A stretch of 64,000 bases of DNA. It comes from Anaeromyxobacteraceae bacterium (GTDB taxonomy: Bacteria > Myxococcota > Myxococcia > Myxococcales > Anaeromyxobacteraceae). How positions within the stretch are numbered: the stretch's first letter is position 1; each line of letters begins with the position of its first letter. A model generated the notes under the pieces. It ran no database searches and was not told the DNA's origin. It saw only the letters and a list, made by a program, of their open reading frames with translations. The translations under genes were made by a program, and so were the position numbers. Location: the NCBI GenBank assembly GCA_047602405.1, contig JASGHJ010000001.1:1728001-1792000 (forward strand). The letters are read 5' to 3'. Below, in pieces: positions 28,887 to 37,736 of this stretch.

Positions 28887-29774
28887 ATGCTCACCGCACG
28901 CCAGCTCTACTTCGAGGCGGTCAAGGTCGGAGACGAGCTCCCGCCGCTCGTGAAGCCGCCGGTGGACCGCCTCCAGATCGCCCGCTGGGTCGGGGCGGCC
29001 GGCGACTTCAACCCGCTCTTCATCGACGAGCCCCACGCGAAGCAGTCCGGGTTCCCGTCGGTGCTCGTGCCCTGGATGATCGCGATGGGCTTCGTCGCGG
29101 AGCTCGGGAACGAGTGGGTCCGCGGCGCGCGGCTGAGGAAGTTCAGCGCCCGCTTCGTGAAGATCGTCTGGCCGGGCGACGTGCTCACCGCCCGCGGCCG
29201 CGTCTCCGAGCGCCGGTTCGAGGACGGCGGGAAGTACGCCATCGACCTCGAGCTCTGGGCCGAGAACCAGCGCGGCGAGCTCGTCGTGCGCGGCGTCGCG
29301 ACCTGGCAGCTCTTCTACTCGGCCGAGGACGAGGCGAAGCAGCGCGCCGGCCAGCCGCCGCTCGTGGTGACGCGCGAGGAGGAGGAGGCCCGCCTCGCGA
29401 AGCTCTCGCGCGCGCAGCCGCAGCGCCCCGCCGCGCCGCAGAGCCGGCCGCTCCAGCCGCCGCGCCCGGTCGCCGCGGCCGCGCCGGCGCAGCAGCGCCA
29501 GCCCGGCCCCTCGCCCGCGGCGATCGCCGCGCTCGCCGGCCGGGGCCCCGCGCCCATCGTCCGGCCCGCGAACGCGAAGCCGCCGCCGCCGCAGGTGGCG
29601 CGCAAGCCCGAACCCCGGAAGAAGCCGGGCGCGAAGAAGCCGGCGCCGAAGCGCTCCGCCGGGAAGGCCAAGGTCGCGCGCCCCCGCCCGGCCAAGCGCG
29701 CCGAGAAGAAGGACCGCGCCCGCGCGCGGGCCCGGCCGCCCGCGAAGAAGCCGTCCGGGAAGAAGCGCCGGTAG
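28887..29774 (+). CDS. MaoC-family protein with long Pro/Lys/Arg-rich tail
   Basis: VKVGDELP, GDFNPLF and F...VWPGD motifs; basic low-complexity C-terminus. Confidence 0.8.
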   Translation: MLTARQLYFEAVKVGDELPPLVKPPVDRLQIARWVGAAGDFNPLFIDEPHAKQSGFPSVLVPWMIAMGFVAELGNEWVRGARLRKFSARFVKIVWPGDVLTARGRVSERRFEDGGKYAIDLELWAENQRGELVVRGVATWQLFYSAEDEAKQRAGQPPLVVTREEEEARLAKLSRAQPQRPAAPQSRPLQPPRPVAAAAPAQQRQPGPSPAAIAALAGRGPAPIVRPANAKPPPPQVARKPEPRKKPGAKKPAPKRSAGKAKVARPRPAKRAEKKDRARARARPPAKKPSGKKRR

Positions 29775-29780
29775 CTCCCG

Positions 29781-30652
29781 GTGTCCCGCCTCGCTCCACT
29801 CCTCCTCGTCCCGCTCGCCCTCGGGGCCTGCCGCCGCGTCTCCGACGCCGCCCCGCCGGCGCCGGCCGCGGACGCCGCGCGGCAGGGCGCCGAGCGGTAC
29901 GCGGCCGCGCTCACGGAGGGCGACCAGGCGTGGTCCCGGCGCGGCGACGCGGCCGGGCTCGACGCGGCGCTCGCGGCGTACGGACGCGCCGCGGCCCAGC
30001 GCCCCGGGGCCGCCGAGGTCGAGCTCCGGCTGGCCCGCGCCGAGGCCTTCCGCGCGCTCGCGGCCCAGGCTCCCGCCGCCGCGCGCGAGGGCTGGGACGC
30101 GTCGGCCCGCGCCGCCGAGCGGGCGCTCCGCTCGCTGGCGCCGGGCTGGGCCGCCGCGATCGACGCCGGCGAGGATCCGGCCGCGGCCGCCGCGCGGGTC
30201 GACGCGGCGGGCGCCGAGGCTCTGTACCTGCTGGCGCAGGGTGCGATGCGCGCCGCGCAGGCGACCGGCTACGCCGCGGTGCTCGCCGTGAAGGACGCCG
30301 CGCTCGCGATGATGGCGCGCGCCGCCGAGCTCGACGAGCGGGTCGACGCCGCCGGGCCGCACCGCGCGCTCGGCGCGTGGCGCGCGGCCCTGCCGGTGGC
30401 CGCCGGGGGCGGCGCCGAGGGCTCGAAGGCGCACTTCGAGCGGGCGCGCGCGCTCGCGCCGGACGACCTCCTCTGGCGCGTCGCCGAGGCGGAGACCTAC
30501 GCGGTGCTCGTGCAGGACGCCGCGCTCTTCGACCGCCTGCTCGCGGAGGTGGCGCAGGCCGACCGGGCGCGCGACGGCGCGCGCGGGCCGGAGAACGTGA
30601 TCGCGAGGAAGCGCGGGGAGGCGCTCGCCGCCCGGAAGGCGAGGCTTTCTGA
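29781..30652 (+). CDS. TatT-like (TRAP-T component) TPR lipoprotein, with an apparent 1-nt deletion just before its stop
   Basis: LGAC lipobox; AGPHRALG...LP..AGG...HFERA motif; adding one base gives ...KARLF-TGA at 30650-30652. Confidence 0.65.
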
Positions 30653-31467
30653 GCCCCCGGCTGCGCCGCGCCGCCCTCGCCGCCGCCGTCGCGCTGGCCG
30701 CGGCCGGCTGCCCGCGGCGCGCGCCGCCACCCGACCTCGCGCTCGAGCCCGCGCCGCTCCTCGAGCAGGTGCGCGCCGCGCAGGCGAAGGTGCGGAGCGT
30801 GCAGGGCGAGGCCCGCGTGTCGGTCGACGCGCAGGGGCAGTCCGGCACCGTCGGGCAGTTCCTCGCGGCCGAGCGGCCCGACCGCCTGCACGTCGAGACG
30901 CTCGACTTCTTCGGCAACGTCGCCGCGGTGCTCGTCGCCGCCGACGGCCGCTTCGCGCTCCTCGATCAGCGCGAGAAGGTCTTCTACCGGGGCCGCGCCA
31001 CGCCGGAGAACCTCTCCCGGCTCGTCCCGCTGCCGCTCACCGCGGAGGAGCTCGTCGCGGTGCTCTGCGGGGGGGCGCCGCTCGCCGGGGCGCCGGTCGC
31101 GGCGGCGCCCGGGCGCGGCACCGTCCGGCTCGACCTCGCCGGCCCGGAGGGCGAGGCGACGCTGCACGTCGGCGAGGGCGCCGCGGTCGAGCGCGCCGAG
31201 CTCAGGCCCACGGGGCGGCCGGCGTGGTCGGTGAAGGGCGACGTCTACCGGCAGCGCGCGGGGGCCCGGCTCCCCACCGACCTCGAGCTCTGCGCGACCT
31301 CACCGAAAGTCAAGCTGGGCCTGCACTGGAAGGACCTCGAGGTGAACGGGGAGCTCGACCCGGCGCTCTTCCGGCTCGAGCCTCCCCCGGGTGCGCGGGT
31401 CGTCGAGCTGGACGGGTCCGCGCCGCCGTCACCCGGCCCGGCGACGCGCCGCGCCGACCCGGGGTAG
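30649..31467 (+). CDS. DUF4292/LolB-like lipoprotein
   Basis: In-frame signal and lipobox (LAAAGC) lie upstream of the ORF-track start at 30769; RPDRLHVETLDFFG motif; start uncertain, possibly CTG. Confidence 0.6.
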   Translation: MSPRLRRAALAAAVALAAAGCPRRAPPPDLALEPAPLLEQVRAAQAKVRSVQGEARVSVDAQGQSGTVGQFLAAERPDRLHVETLDFFGNVAAVLVAADGRFALLDQREKVFYRGRATPENLSRLVPLPLTAEELVAVLCGGAPLAGAPVAAAPGRGTVRLDLAGPEGEATLHVGEGAAVERAELRPTGRPAWSVKGDVYRQRAGARLPTDLELCATSPKVKLGLHWKDLEVNGELDPALFRLEPPPGARVVELDGSAPPSPGPATRRADPG

Positions 31468-31593
31468 AACCGATTCCGGCCGGTTGCGCGCCTCCCCGGA
31501 ATGCGGCCAGGGGGTCGCCCGTTCGTGGGTCGTCCCCTCGCGTCCGCGCGCCGCGGGGTTACACTCTCTTCCTCGCAGGCCCCGGAGAACCCT

Positions 31594-32274
31594 TTGGATC
31601 AGACCCTCAGCCAGGCCCTCCAGCAGAGCCCGTCCTTCTGGATCATCGCGGCCTGCTCGGTGATCGCGCTCGCCGTCGCGCTCGAGCGGGCGATCGCCCT
31701 GTGGGGCTTCGCCGGCAAGGCCCGCGCGCTCGCCGAGTCGGTCTCCGACGCGCTCCGGCGAGGGGACCTCCCCGAGGGCCGCGCCCGCTGCGAGCGCTCG
31801 ACCTCTCCCGCGGCCGACGTGCTCCTCGCCGCGATCGCCGCCTCCGAGAAGGCGCAGCGCGCGAACCAGCCGGTCGACGCCGCGCGGGTCGTCGCCGCGG
31901 TCGAGCGCGAGCGGGCCCAGGCGGCCCTGAAGCTCCGCCGCAACCTCTGGATCCTCGGCACCGTCGGCGCCACCGCGCCGTTCGTCGGCCTCTTCGGCAC
32001 CGTCGTCGGCATCATGCACGCGTTCCGCCAGATGGCGGCGACCGGGCAGGGCGGCTTCGTGGTGGTGGCCTCCGGCATCTCGGAGGCGCTCGTGACCACC
32101 GCCGGCGGCATCGCGGTCGCCATCGAGGCGGTCGTCATCTTCAACTTCCTCAACGTGCACGTGCAGAAGCTCGCGCTGCAGCTCCGCCTCGTGACCGAGG
32201 AGTACCTCGAGGTCGTCGGCGACGCGCTCGCCACGCTCCGCGGCGGCGCCGCGCGGCCGGGAGAGGGCGCGTGA
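31594..32274 (+). CDS. MotA/TolQ/ExbB proton channel protein
   Basis: LGTVGATAPFVGLFGTVVGIM and GISEALVTTAGG motifs. Confidence 0.92.
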   Translation: MDQTLSQALQQSPSFWIIAACSVIALAVALERAIALWGFAGKARALAESVSDALRRGDLPEGRARCERSTSPAADVLLAAIAASEKAQRANQPVDAARVVAAVERERAQAALKLRRNLWILGTVGATAPFVGLFGTVVGIMHAFRQMAATGQGGFVVVASGISEALVTTAGGIAVAIEAVVIFNFLNVHVQKLALQLRLVTEEYLEVVGDALATLRGGAARPGEGA

Positions 32275-32732
32275 GCATCTCGACCGGCGGCGGCAGCGAC
32301 GAGACCGAGCTCGAGGGCGCCGGCGGGATCTTCGCCGACATCAACATCACGCCGCTGACCGACATCTTCCTCGTGCTCCTCATCATCTTCATGGTGACCA
32401 CCACCGCCATCCACGAGGCGGACGAGGCGAAGAAGGAGGGGGCCTTCAAGGTCAACCTGCCGAAGGGCGCGAAGGGCGAGGCCGGCCCCGTGCAGCGCGA
32501 CCTCACCGTCGCGGTGCTCGCGAACGGCACGCTCGTGCTCTCCGGGAAGCCCACCGACGAGGCCGAGCTCGGCCGCGCGTTCGCCGACGCGCACGAGAAG
32601 AACCCCGAGACGCTCGTGCTGTTCCAGGCCGACGAGGGCGTGCCGCACGGCCGGGTGGTGGCCGTGATGGAGCTCGCCCGCAAGGAGGGGCTCTCCCGGC
32701 TCGCGATCGCGACCCGGGCCGAGGCGCCATGA
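32271..32732 (+). CDS. ExbD/TolR protein
   Basis: DINITPLTDIFLVLLIIFMV, VNLP and AD..VPHG.VV motifs; GTGA overlap. Confidence 0.92.
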   Translation: MSISTGGGSDETELEGAGGIFADINITPLTDIFLVLLIIFMVTTTAIHEADEAKKEGAFKVNLPKGAKGEAGPVQRDLTVAVLANGTLVLSGKPTDEAELGRAFADAHEKNPETLVLFQADEGVPHGRVVAVMELARKEGLSRLAIATRAEAP

Positions 32733-33868
32733 ACCCTCCTGCGGTCAAGAAGCGGCTGGGCGAGATGCTGCTCGAGGCCGGGGTCATCGACCAGGCCGGG
32801 CTGACCTCCGCCCTCGCCCACCAGCGCCAGTGGGGCGTGCGCCTCGGTCAGGCGCTGGTGGAGCTCCGCATCGCGACCGAGAAGGACATCGTCGCCGCGC
32901 TCTCGAAGAAGCTCGCCGTGCCGCAGGCCCAGCTCGAGAAGCTCTCCGGGGCGGCCTACGAGAACGCGCAGGCGCTCGTGCCGCGCGAGTTCGCCTCGAA
33001 GCACAACGTGATGCCCGTCGCCGACGACGGGAACGTGCTCACGATCGCGATGAGCGATCCCGGCAACCTCGCGGCCATCGACGAGCTCGTGTTCCGCACC
33101 GGCCGGCGGCTCAAGGTGAACATCGGCGGGGACCGGGAGATCGCCGCCGCCGTCCGCAGGTACTACGGCGTCACGAACCCGCGGGTGGAGTCGATCGCCC
33201 TCGACGAGGACGACGAGGCCGCGACCGCGATCATGCCGCTCGTCGGCCACGAGCACGTGCCGGAGGCCGAGGAGGAGGCCTGGCGGGCCCCGCCGACCCG
33301 CCTCGGGAAGAGCGCGCCCCACGCGGCCGCGCCCGCGCCGCGGCAGGCGGCGCCGCTCCTCAGGACCGACGACGACGAGCGCGCCGCGCGCGCGGCGCTG
33401 CTCGGCTCGGTGCCGGAGTCCGGCTTCGACGTGGAGAAGACCTCGGAGGTCGAGTACCCGGACCTGCTCTCCGAGGACATCCTCGAGCCCGAGCTCGTGC
33501 CGGAGGAGCCCGAGCTCGAGGATCCGTTCCTGCCGAGGCCGCCGCTCCCGACCGCACCCCTCGCGGCGGCCCCCGCGCCGGCGCCCGCGCCGGCCCCGGT
33601 GACGCGACCCGCGATGCCGGTCCCCGAGCCCGCGCTCGCGCCCGAGCCCGAGCCCGAGCCGGCCGACCCCTCGCTCCCGTCGCGCGCCGCCGCCGCGGTC
33701 GCCGCCGTCGCCTCCCGCGGCGCGACCGATCCGGCCCTCGCCGACGCCGCCCGCGTGCTCGCCGCCGTGCTCCGCGTGCTGCTCAAGAAGAACGTGGTCT
33801 CCGACCGGGAGATCGCCGAGGAGCTGCGGATGCACACGCCCGCGCCGAAGCCGCCCGGCCAGCGCTGA
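32729..33868 (+). CDS. MshEN/GspE-N domain protein without ATPase
   Basis: RLGEMLLEAGVI...AL..Q....RLGQAL and AMSDP motifs; acidic/Pro-rich C-terminus. Confidence 0.8.
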   Translation: MNPPAVKKRLGEMLLEAGVIDQAGLTSALAHQRQWGVRLGQALVELRIATEKDIVAALSKKLAVPQAQLEKLSGAAYENAQALVPREFASKHNVMPVADDGNVLTIAMSDPGNLAAIDELVFRTGRRLKVNIGGDREIAAAVRRYYGVTNPRVESIALDEDDEAATAIMPLVGHEHVPEAEEEAWRAPPTRLGKSAPHAAAPAPRQAAPLLRTDDDERAARAALLGSVPESGFDVEKTSEVEYPDLLSEDILEPELVPEEPELEDPFLPRPPLPTAPLAAAPAPAPAPAPVTRPAMPVPEPALAPEPEPEPADPSLPSRAAAAVAAVASRGATDPALADAARVLAAVLRVLLKKNVVSDREIAEELRMHTPAPKPPGQR

Positions 33869-33886
33869 GGCCGCCCGGGGCACGCG

Positions 33887-34852
33887 TCAGCGCTGGTGCC
33901 CGAGGCGCACCTCCAGCGCCGGGTGCTCCGCCGCGAGCTTCCGGAGCGCCGCGAGCGAGCCGCGGCTCCGAGGGACGTCGTCCGAGAAGGTGCCCGGCGG
34001 CACGCCGTGGTCCCAGCCCCAGCGCGAGTGGCACGCGTCGCCGACGAGCAGCACCGGGCCCCGCGGCGTGCGCACGAGGTACGCGGTCGAGCCCTTCGTG
34101 TGGCCCGGCACCGAGAGCGCCCAGATCGTCCCGTCGCCGAGCACGTCGACGACGCCGGGGAAGGGTGCGCCCGGCTCGGCCGCGGCCGGGTAGGGCCACT
34201 CCGCGAGCGGTCCCTTGCCGGCGAGCGCGCGGTCCATGTTGGGCCGGAGCAGCCACGCGATGAAGCCGTGCGTGACCTCGCCCGGGCCGGCGTACACCGG
34301 CGTGCCGGCGGGCGCGTCGGCGAGGCCGGTGACGTGGTCCGGGTGGAGGTGCGTGAGGAGGACGCCCTTCGGCGGCGCGGGGTGCGCGGTGAGCCAGTCG
34401 CCGAGCGGCGCCCGCACCTTCAGCGCGCCGAGGTGCATCTGCGCGGCGACGATGCCGCGGAACGCGGCGGCCTCGGGCCGGTCCCGGTGCGCGCGCTCGA
34501 CGCCGGTGTCCACGAGGAACAGCCCCGCGGTCGGGTGCGTGAGCGCGTGGAAGTAGACCTGGATCGGCTCGGCGCGGTCGGTGAGCCCCGCGGCCTTCGC
34601 GGCGGGGTCGTCGAGGTCCACGAGCCCGCCGAGGTTCACCTCCCAGTCTGCGGAGGCGACCGTCTCGACCTCGACCGGGCCGGGCTGGTCGATCACCGCG
34701 GCGAGCGCCGCGTACGGGCGCGCGACGCCGAGGCGCGAGGGGACGACCTCGTGCGAGGTGGAGGCGCAGCCCGCGGAGGCGAGGCCGGCGGCGAGGAGCG
34801 CGGGGACGAGCAGCGTCGTGGAGCGGGACCTCGGGGGAAGGCGGACGGGCAT
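33887..34852 (-). CDS. MBL-fold metallo-hydrolase lipoprotein (AHL-lactonase-like)
   Basis: Lipobox SAGC; THLHPDH, PGHTKG, VGDA and C-terminal GH motifs. Confidence 0.85.
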   Translation of the reverse strand: MPVRLPPRSRSTTLLVPALLAAGLASAGCASTSHEVVPSRLGVARPYAALAAVIDQPGPVEVETVASADWEVNLGGLVDLDDPAAKAAGLTDRAEPIQVYFHALTHPTAGLFLVDTGVERAHRDRPEAAAFRGIVAAQMHLGALKVRAPLGDWLTAHPAPPKGVLLTHLHPDHVTGLADAPAGTPVYAGPGEVTHGFIAWLLRPNMDRALAGKGPLAEWPYPAAAEPGAPFPGVVDVLGDGTIWALSVPGHTKGSTAYLVRTPRGPVLLVGDACHSRWGWDHGVPPGTFSDDVPRSRGSLAALRKLAAEHPALEVRLGHQR

Positions 34853-34931
34853 GGCGGGTTCCTTTCGAGGCCAGAGGTAGCCCTTCCGCGGCGGATGGAA
34901 AACGGCGAAGAGGGCATGTCATCATCCACGA

Positions 34932-35816
34932 ATGGATATACCCTGGCAGGACGTCCCGCTCTTCCTCGCGGTGGCCGAGACCGGCAGCGTCTCCGCGGCC
35001 GCGCGGCGGCTGCGGCTCTCGCAGGCGACCGCGAGCCGGCGGCTCGCCGAGCTCGAGGACGCGGTCGGCGGCCGGCTCTTCCGCCGCAGCGTCACCGGCG
35101 CCGCGCTCACCGCCGCGGGCGAGCGCCTCCTCGAGCCCGCGCGGCGGATGGCGGAGTGGGGCGCCGAGCTCGCGCGCGCGGCGGAGCGCTCCGCCGGCGG
35201 CCCCACCGGCCTCGTCCGCCTGGCGGCGACGCCGCTCGTGGCGTTCGAGTTCGTGGCGCCCTTCGCGGCCTGGCTCTCCCGCGAGGAGCCCGGGCTGCGC
35301 CTCGAGGTGCTCGCCGACCACCGCTACGTGGACCTCGCCCGCCGCGAGGCCGACCTCGCGCTGCGGCTGCGCGCGCCGAAGGAGGCCGACCTCGTGGTCC
35401 TGCACACGCTCGAGCTCGAGCAGGCGGTGCACGTCGCGCCCGCGCTCGCCGAGCGGCTGCCGCGCCGCCCGAAGCTCTCCGAGATCCCGTGGATCACCTG
35501 GTCGCCGCCGTTCGAGGACCTCGGCCCGAACCCGCAGCTGCGGGAGGTGGCGCCGGACCACGTGCCGGCGTTCGTGTCCGACTCGATCCTCGTGCACCTC
35601 GCCGCCGCGGAGGCCGGGGTGGGCGCCATCGTGCTGCCCCGGCTCCGGCACCGCTTCGCGCGGCGATCGGGGCTCGTGCCGCTCGACGTCGACCTCGGCC
35701 GGTGGGCCCGTGGCGCGCTCCACCTCGTGGCCGCCCGCTCCGCGCTCGCCATCCCGCGCGTGGAGCGGCTCGCGGCGCTGCTCGCGGCGGAGCTCGCGAA
35801 GGTGCAGAGGCGCTGA
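34932..35816 (+). CDS. LysR-family transcriptional regulator
   Basis: FLAVAETGSVSAAARRLRLSQATASRR HTH; READLALR. Confidence 0.9.
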   Translation: MDIPWQDVPLFLAVAETGSVSAAARRLRLSQATASRRLAELEDAVGGRLFRRSVTGAALTAAGERLLEPARRMAEWGAELARAAERSAGGPTGLVRLAATPLVAFEFVAPFAAWLSREEPGLRLEVLADHRYVDLARREADLALRLRAPKEADLVVLHTLELEQAVHVAPALAERLPRRPKLSEIPWITWSPPFEDLGPNPQLREVAPDHVPAFVSDSILVHLAAAEAGVGAIVLPRLRHRFARRSGLVPLDVDLGRWARGALHLVAARSALAIPRVERLAALLAAELAKVQRR

Positions 35817-36042
35817 GCGCCGCGGCCCGAGCCGTCGGCGCGTCACGTTGCATCCTGCACGATCCGTCGCGCTCGCCCCGTCGCGCTCGCACCGGCGGTG
35901 CTGCCGCGACCGGGCGGGGGCGCCCGGTACGGTGCGCTCCGTACCGCGCCGTGCGCCACGAGGGGCACGAGGTGGAGCGCGCCGGCGAAGCGGCCCTACC
36001 TGGGACGCGCCCACGCCGGCCGGCGCGCTACGTCCTCCCGAC

Positions 36043-37173
36043 GTGTCCCTCTCGACCCTGAAACAGGCCGCGCGCTCCGCACGCGGATGGCTCTCCCTCG
36101 CCGGGCGGGCGCGGCTGCCGGCCGACGCGCGTGTCCTCGGGCGCGTCTGGTTCCACGGCGGCGGGCGGGTGGTCGTCGGCCCCGGGGCCCGCGTCGAGGG
36201 CGGCGCGCTGCCGGTCGAGCTGCACGTCGAGCGCGGCGCGGAGCTCGTGATCGGCGCGGGCGCGGTGCTCCGCGGCGGGGCCTCCATCGAGGTCACCGCG
36301 CGCGTCGAGATCGGCGCGAACGCGCGGCTCGGGCGGCTGTGCAAGGAGCTCGACAACGCCTTCCACGAGCCGCGGGGAGACCGGAGCGGCCGCCCGCCCT
36401 CGCGCCCGGTGGTGATCGGCGAGGGGGCGGTCATCGGGGATCGCGCGATCCTCCTGCCCGGCGCCGTGGTGGCGCCGGGAGAGGTGATCCCGCGCGGCGC
36501 GGTGGTGCGGCCGCCGCCGCGGCGCGACGAGCGCGGAGCGCCCGCGACGGGCCGCGCCGCCCCGGCGGGGACGCCCCCGGCGCCGCGACCGGGCGGCGTG
36601 CGCCGTCTCGTCCGGCTCGCGACCTCCGATCCGGGCGCGTTCGTCGAGGCGCTCCGGTCGCGGGTGCGGGCGCTCTTCGTCTTCGAGGGCCCCGAGCGCG
36701 GGCCGGGCGTGCGGGTGCGCGGGCCGGTGCGGGTGGAGCGCCACGGCACCGTGCGCGTCGGCGCGAGGGCGACGTTCCTGCCCGGCATGCTCCAGACGCG
36801 GCTCGCCGCGGGGCCCGGCGCGCTGCTCGCGATCGGCGAGGGGACGGTGCTCAACTACGGCGTGGAGGTGACCGCGAGGACCTCGGTGACGGTGGGGGAG
36901 CGGTGCCTCGTCGGCTCGCACGTGCGGCTCGTGGATCACGGCGGCGGGCGGAGCGGGCCCATCGCGATCGAGGATGGCGTCTGGATCGCGCACGGGGCCG
37001 TCGTGCTGCCGGGCGTCCGGATCGGCCGCGGCTCCGTCGTGGCGGCCGGCTCGGTGGTCTCCGCCGACGTGCCGCCCGGCTCGTTCGTCGCGGGCCGGCC
37101 GGCGCGCGCGCGGCCGCTCGCGGCGGGGACTCCCCACCCGCTGCCGGGGGCGGTCCGTTCATCCCGAGCGTAG
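36043..37173 (+). CDS. Tandem hexapeptide-repeat (LbetaH) acyltransferase
   Basis: Two LbH units (PVVIGEGAVIG and PIAIEDGVWIA...VLPGVRIG...GRPAR); start uncertain. Confidence 0.7.
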   Translation: MSLSTLKQAARSARGWLSLAGRARLPADARVLGRVWFHGGGRVVVGPGARVEGGALPVELHVERGAELVIGAGAVLRGGASIEVTARVEIGANARLGRLCKELDNAFHEPRGDRSGRPPSRPVVIGEGAVIGDRAILLPGAVVAPGEVIPRGAVVRPPPRRDERGAPATGRAAPAGTPPAPRPGGVRRLVRLATSDPGAFVEALRSRVRALFVFEGPERGPGVRVRGPVRVERHGTVRVGARATFLPGMLQTRLAAGPGALLAIGEGTVLNYGVEVTARTSVTVGERCLVGSHVRLVDHGGGRSGPIAIEDGVWIAHGAVVLPGVRIGRGSVVAAGSVVSADVPPGSFVAGRPARARPLAAGTPHPLPGAVRSSRA

Positions 37174-37201
37174 GCCCGCGAAGCGGGCCGGAGTCGAGGG
37201 A
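37154..37201 (-). repeat. REP-like repeat, family A, copy 2
   Basis: Reverse complement nearly identical to 13145-13192; contains the acyltransferase stop codon. Confidence 0.8.
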
Positions 37202-37219
37202 AGAGCGCCCCCGGGCAGC

Positions 37220-37284
37220 CTGCCGGGGGTGGGGCCCCGATCCAGCTCCGCTGGTCGGGGCGGGGGCGCGCCGAGCGCCCCCGT
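37220..37284. repeat. Two-hairpin repeat, family B, copy 2
   Basis: CTGCCGGGG...CCCGATCCAGC-tcc-GCTGGTCGGG followed by GGGGGCGC-gccga-GCGCCCCC. Confidence 0.6.
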
Positions 37285-37289
37285 GAAAC

Positions 37290-37682
37290 TCAGTTCAGCG
37301 CGCCGGGCACCACCAGCGGGAACGCGGCGATGGCGGCCTGGAACGTCGTGCCGTCGTCGCGGATCATCCGGTAGCTGCCGCGCATGGAGCCGTGGGCGGT
37401 CTTGAGGATGCAGAAGCTCGTGTACTCGAACTGCTCGCCGGCGGAGAGGCGGGGCTGGTGGCCGACCACGCCGTCGCCCTGCACCTCCTCGCGGTCGCCG
37501 TTCGCGTCGGTGATGATCCAGTGGCGCGCCATGAGCTGGGCGGGGAGGTCGCCCTCGTTCCGGATGGTCACCGTGTAGGTGAACAGCCAGCGGTTCGCCG
37601 AAGGCTCCGAGCGATCGGGCCGGAAGGCGCTCTTCACCTCGACGCGGATCCCCTCGGTCACGGCGCTGGACACGTGCAGCAT
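37290..37682 (-). CDS. apaG: ApaG protein
   Basis: FTYTVTIRN, QLMARHWIITDANG, GDGVVGHQP and FEYTS motifs. Confidence 0.92.
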   Translation of the reverse strand: MLHVSSAVTEGIRVEVKSAFRPDRSEPSANRWLFTYTVTIRNEGDLPAQLMARHWIITDANGDREEVQGDGVVGHQPRLSAGEQFEYTSFCILKTAHGSMRGSYRMIRDDGTTFQAAIAAFPLVVPGALN

Positions 37683-37736
37683 GCTAGAACGAGAACGCGC
37701 CTTCCGCCACACGGCGACCCTCTCCCCGGCCTCCCC

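Noticed and set aside
29781..32732. 983-aa TatT-ExbD fusion
   Set aside because: The middle is off-frame over the DUF4292 and ExbB genes. A single missing base near 30647 explains it.
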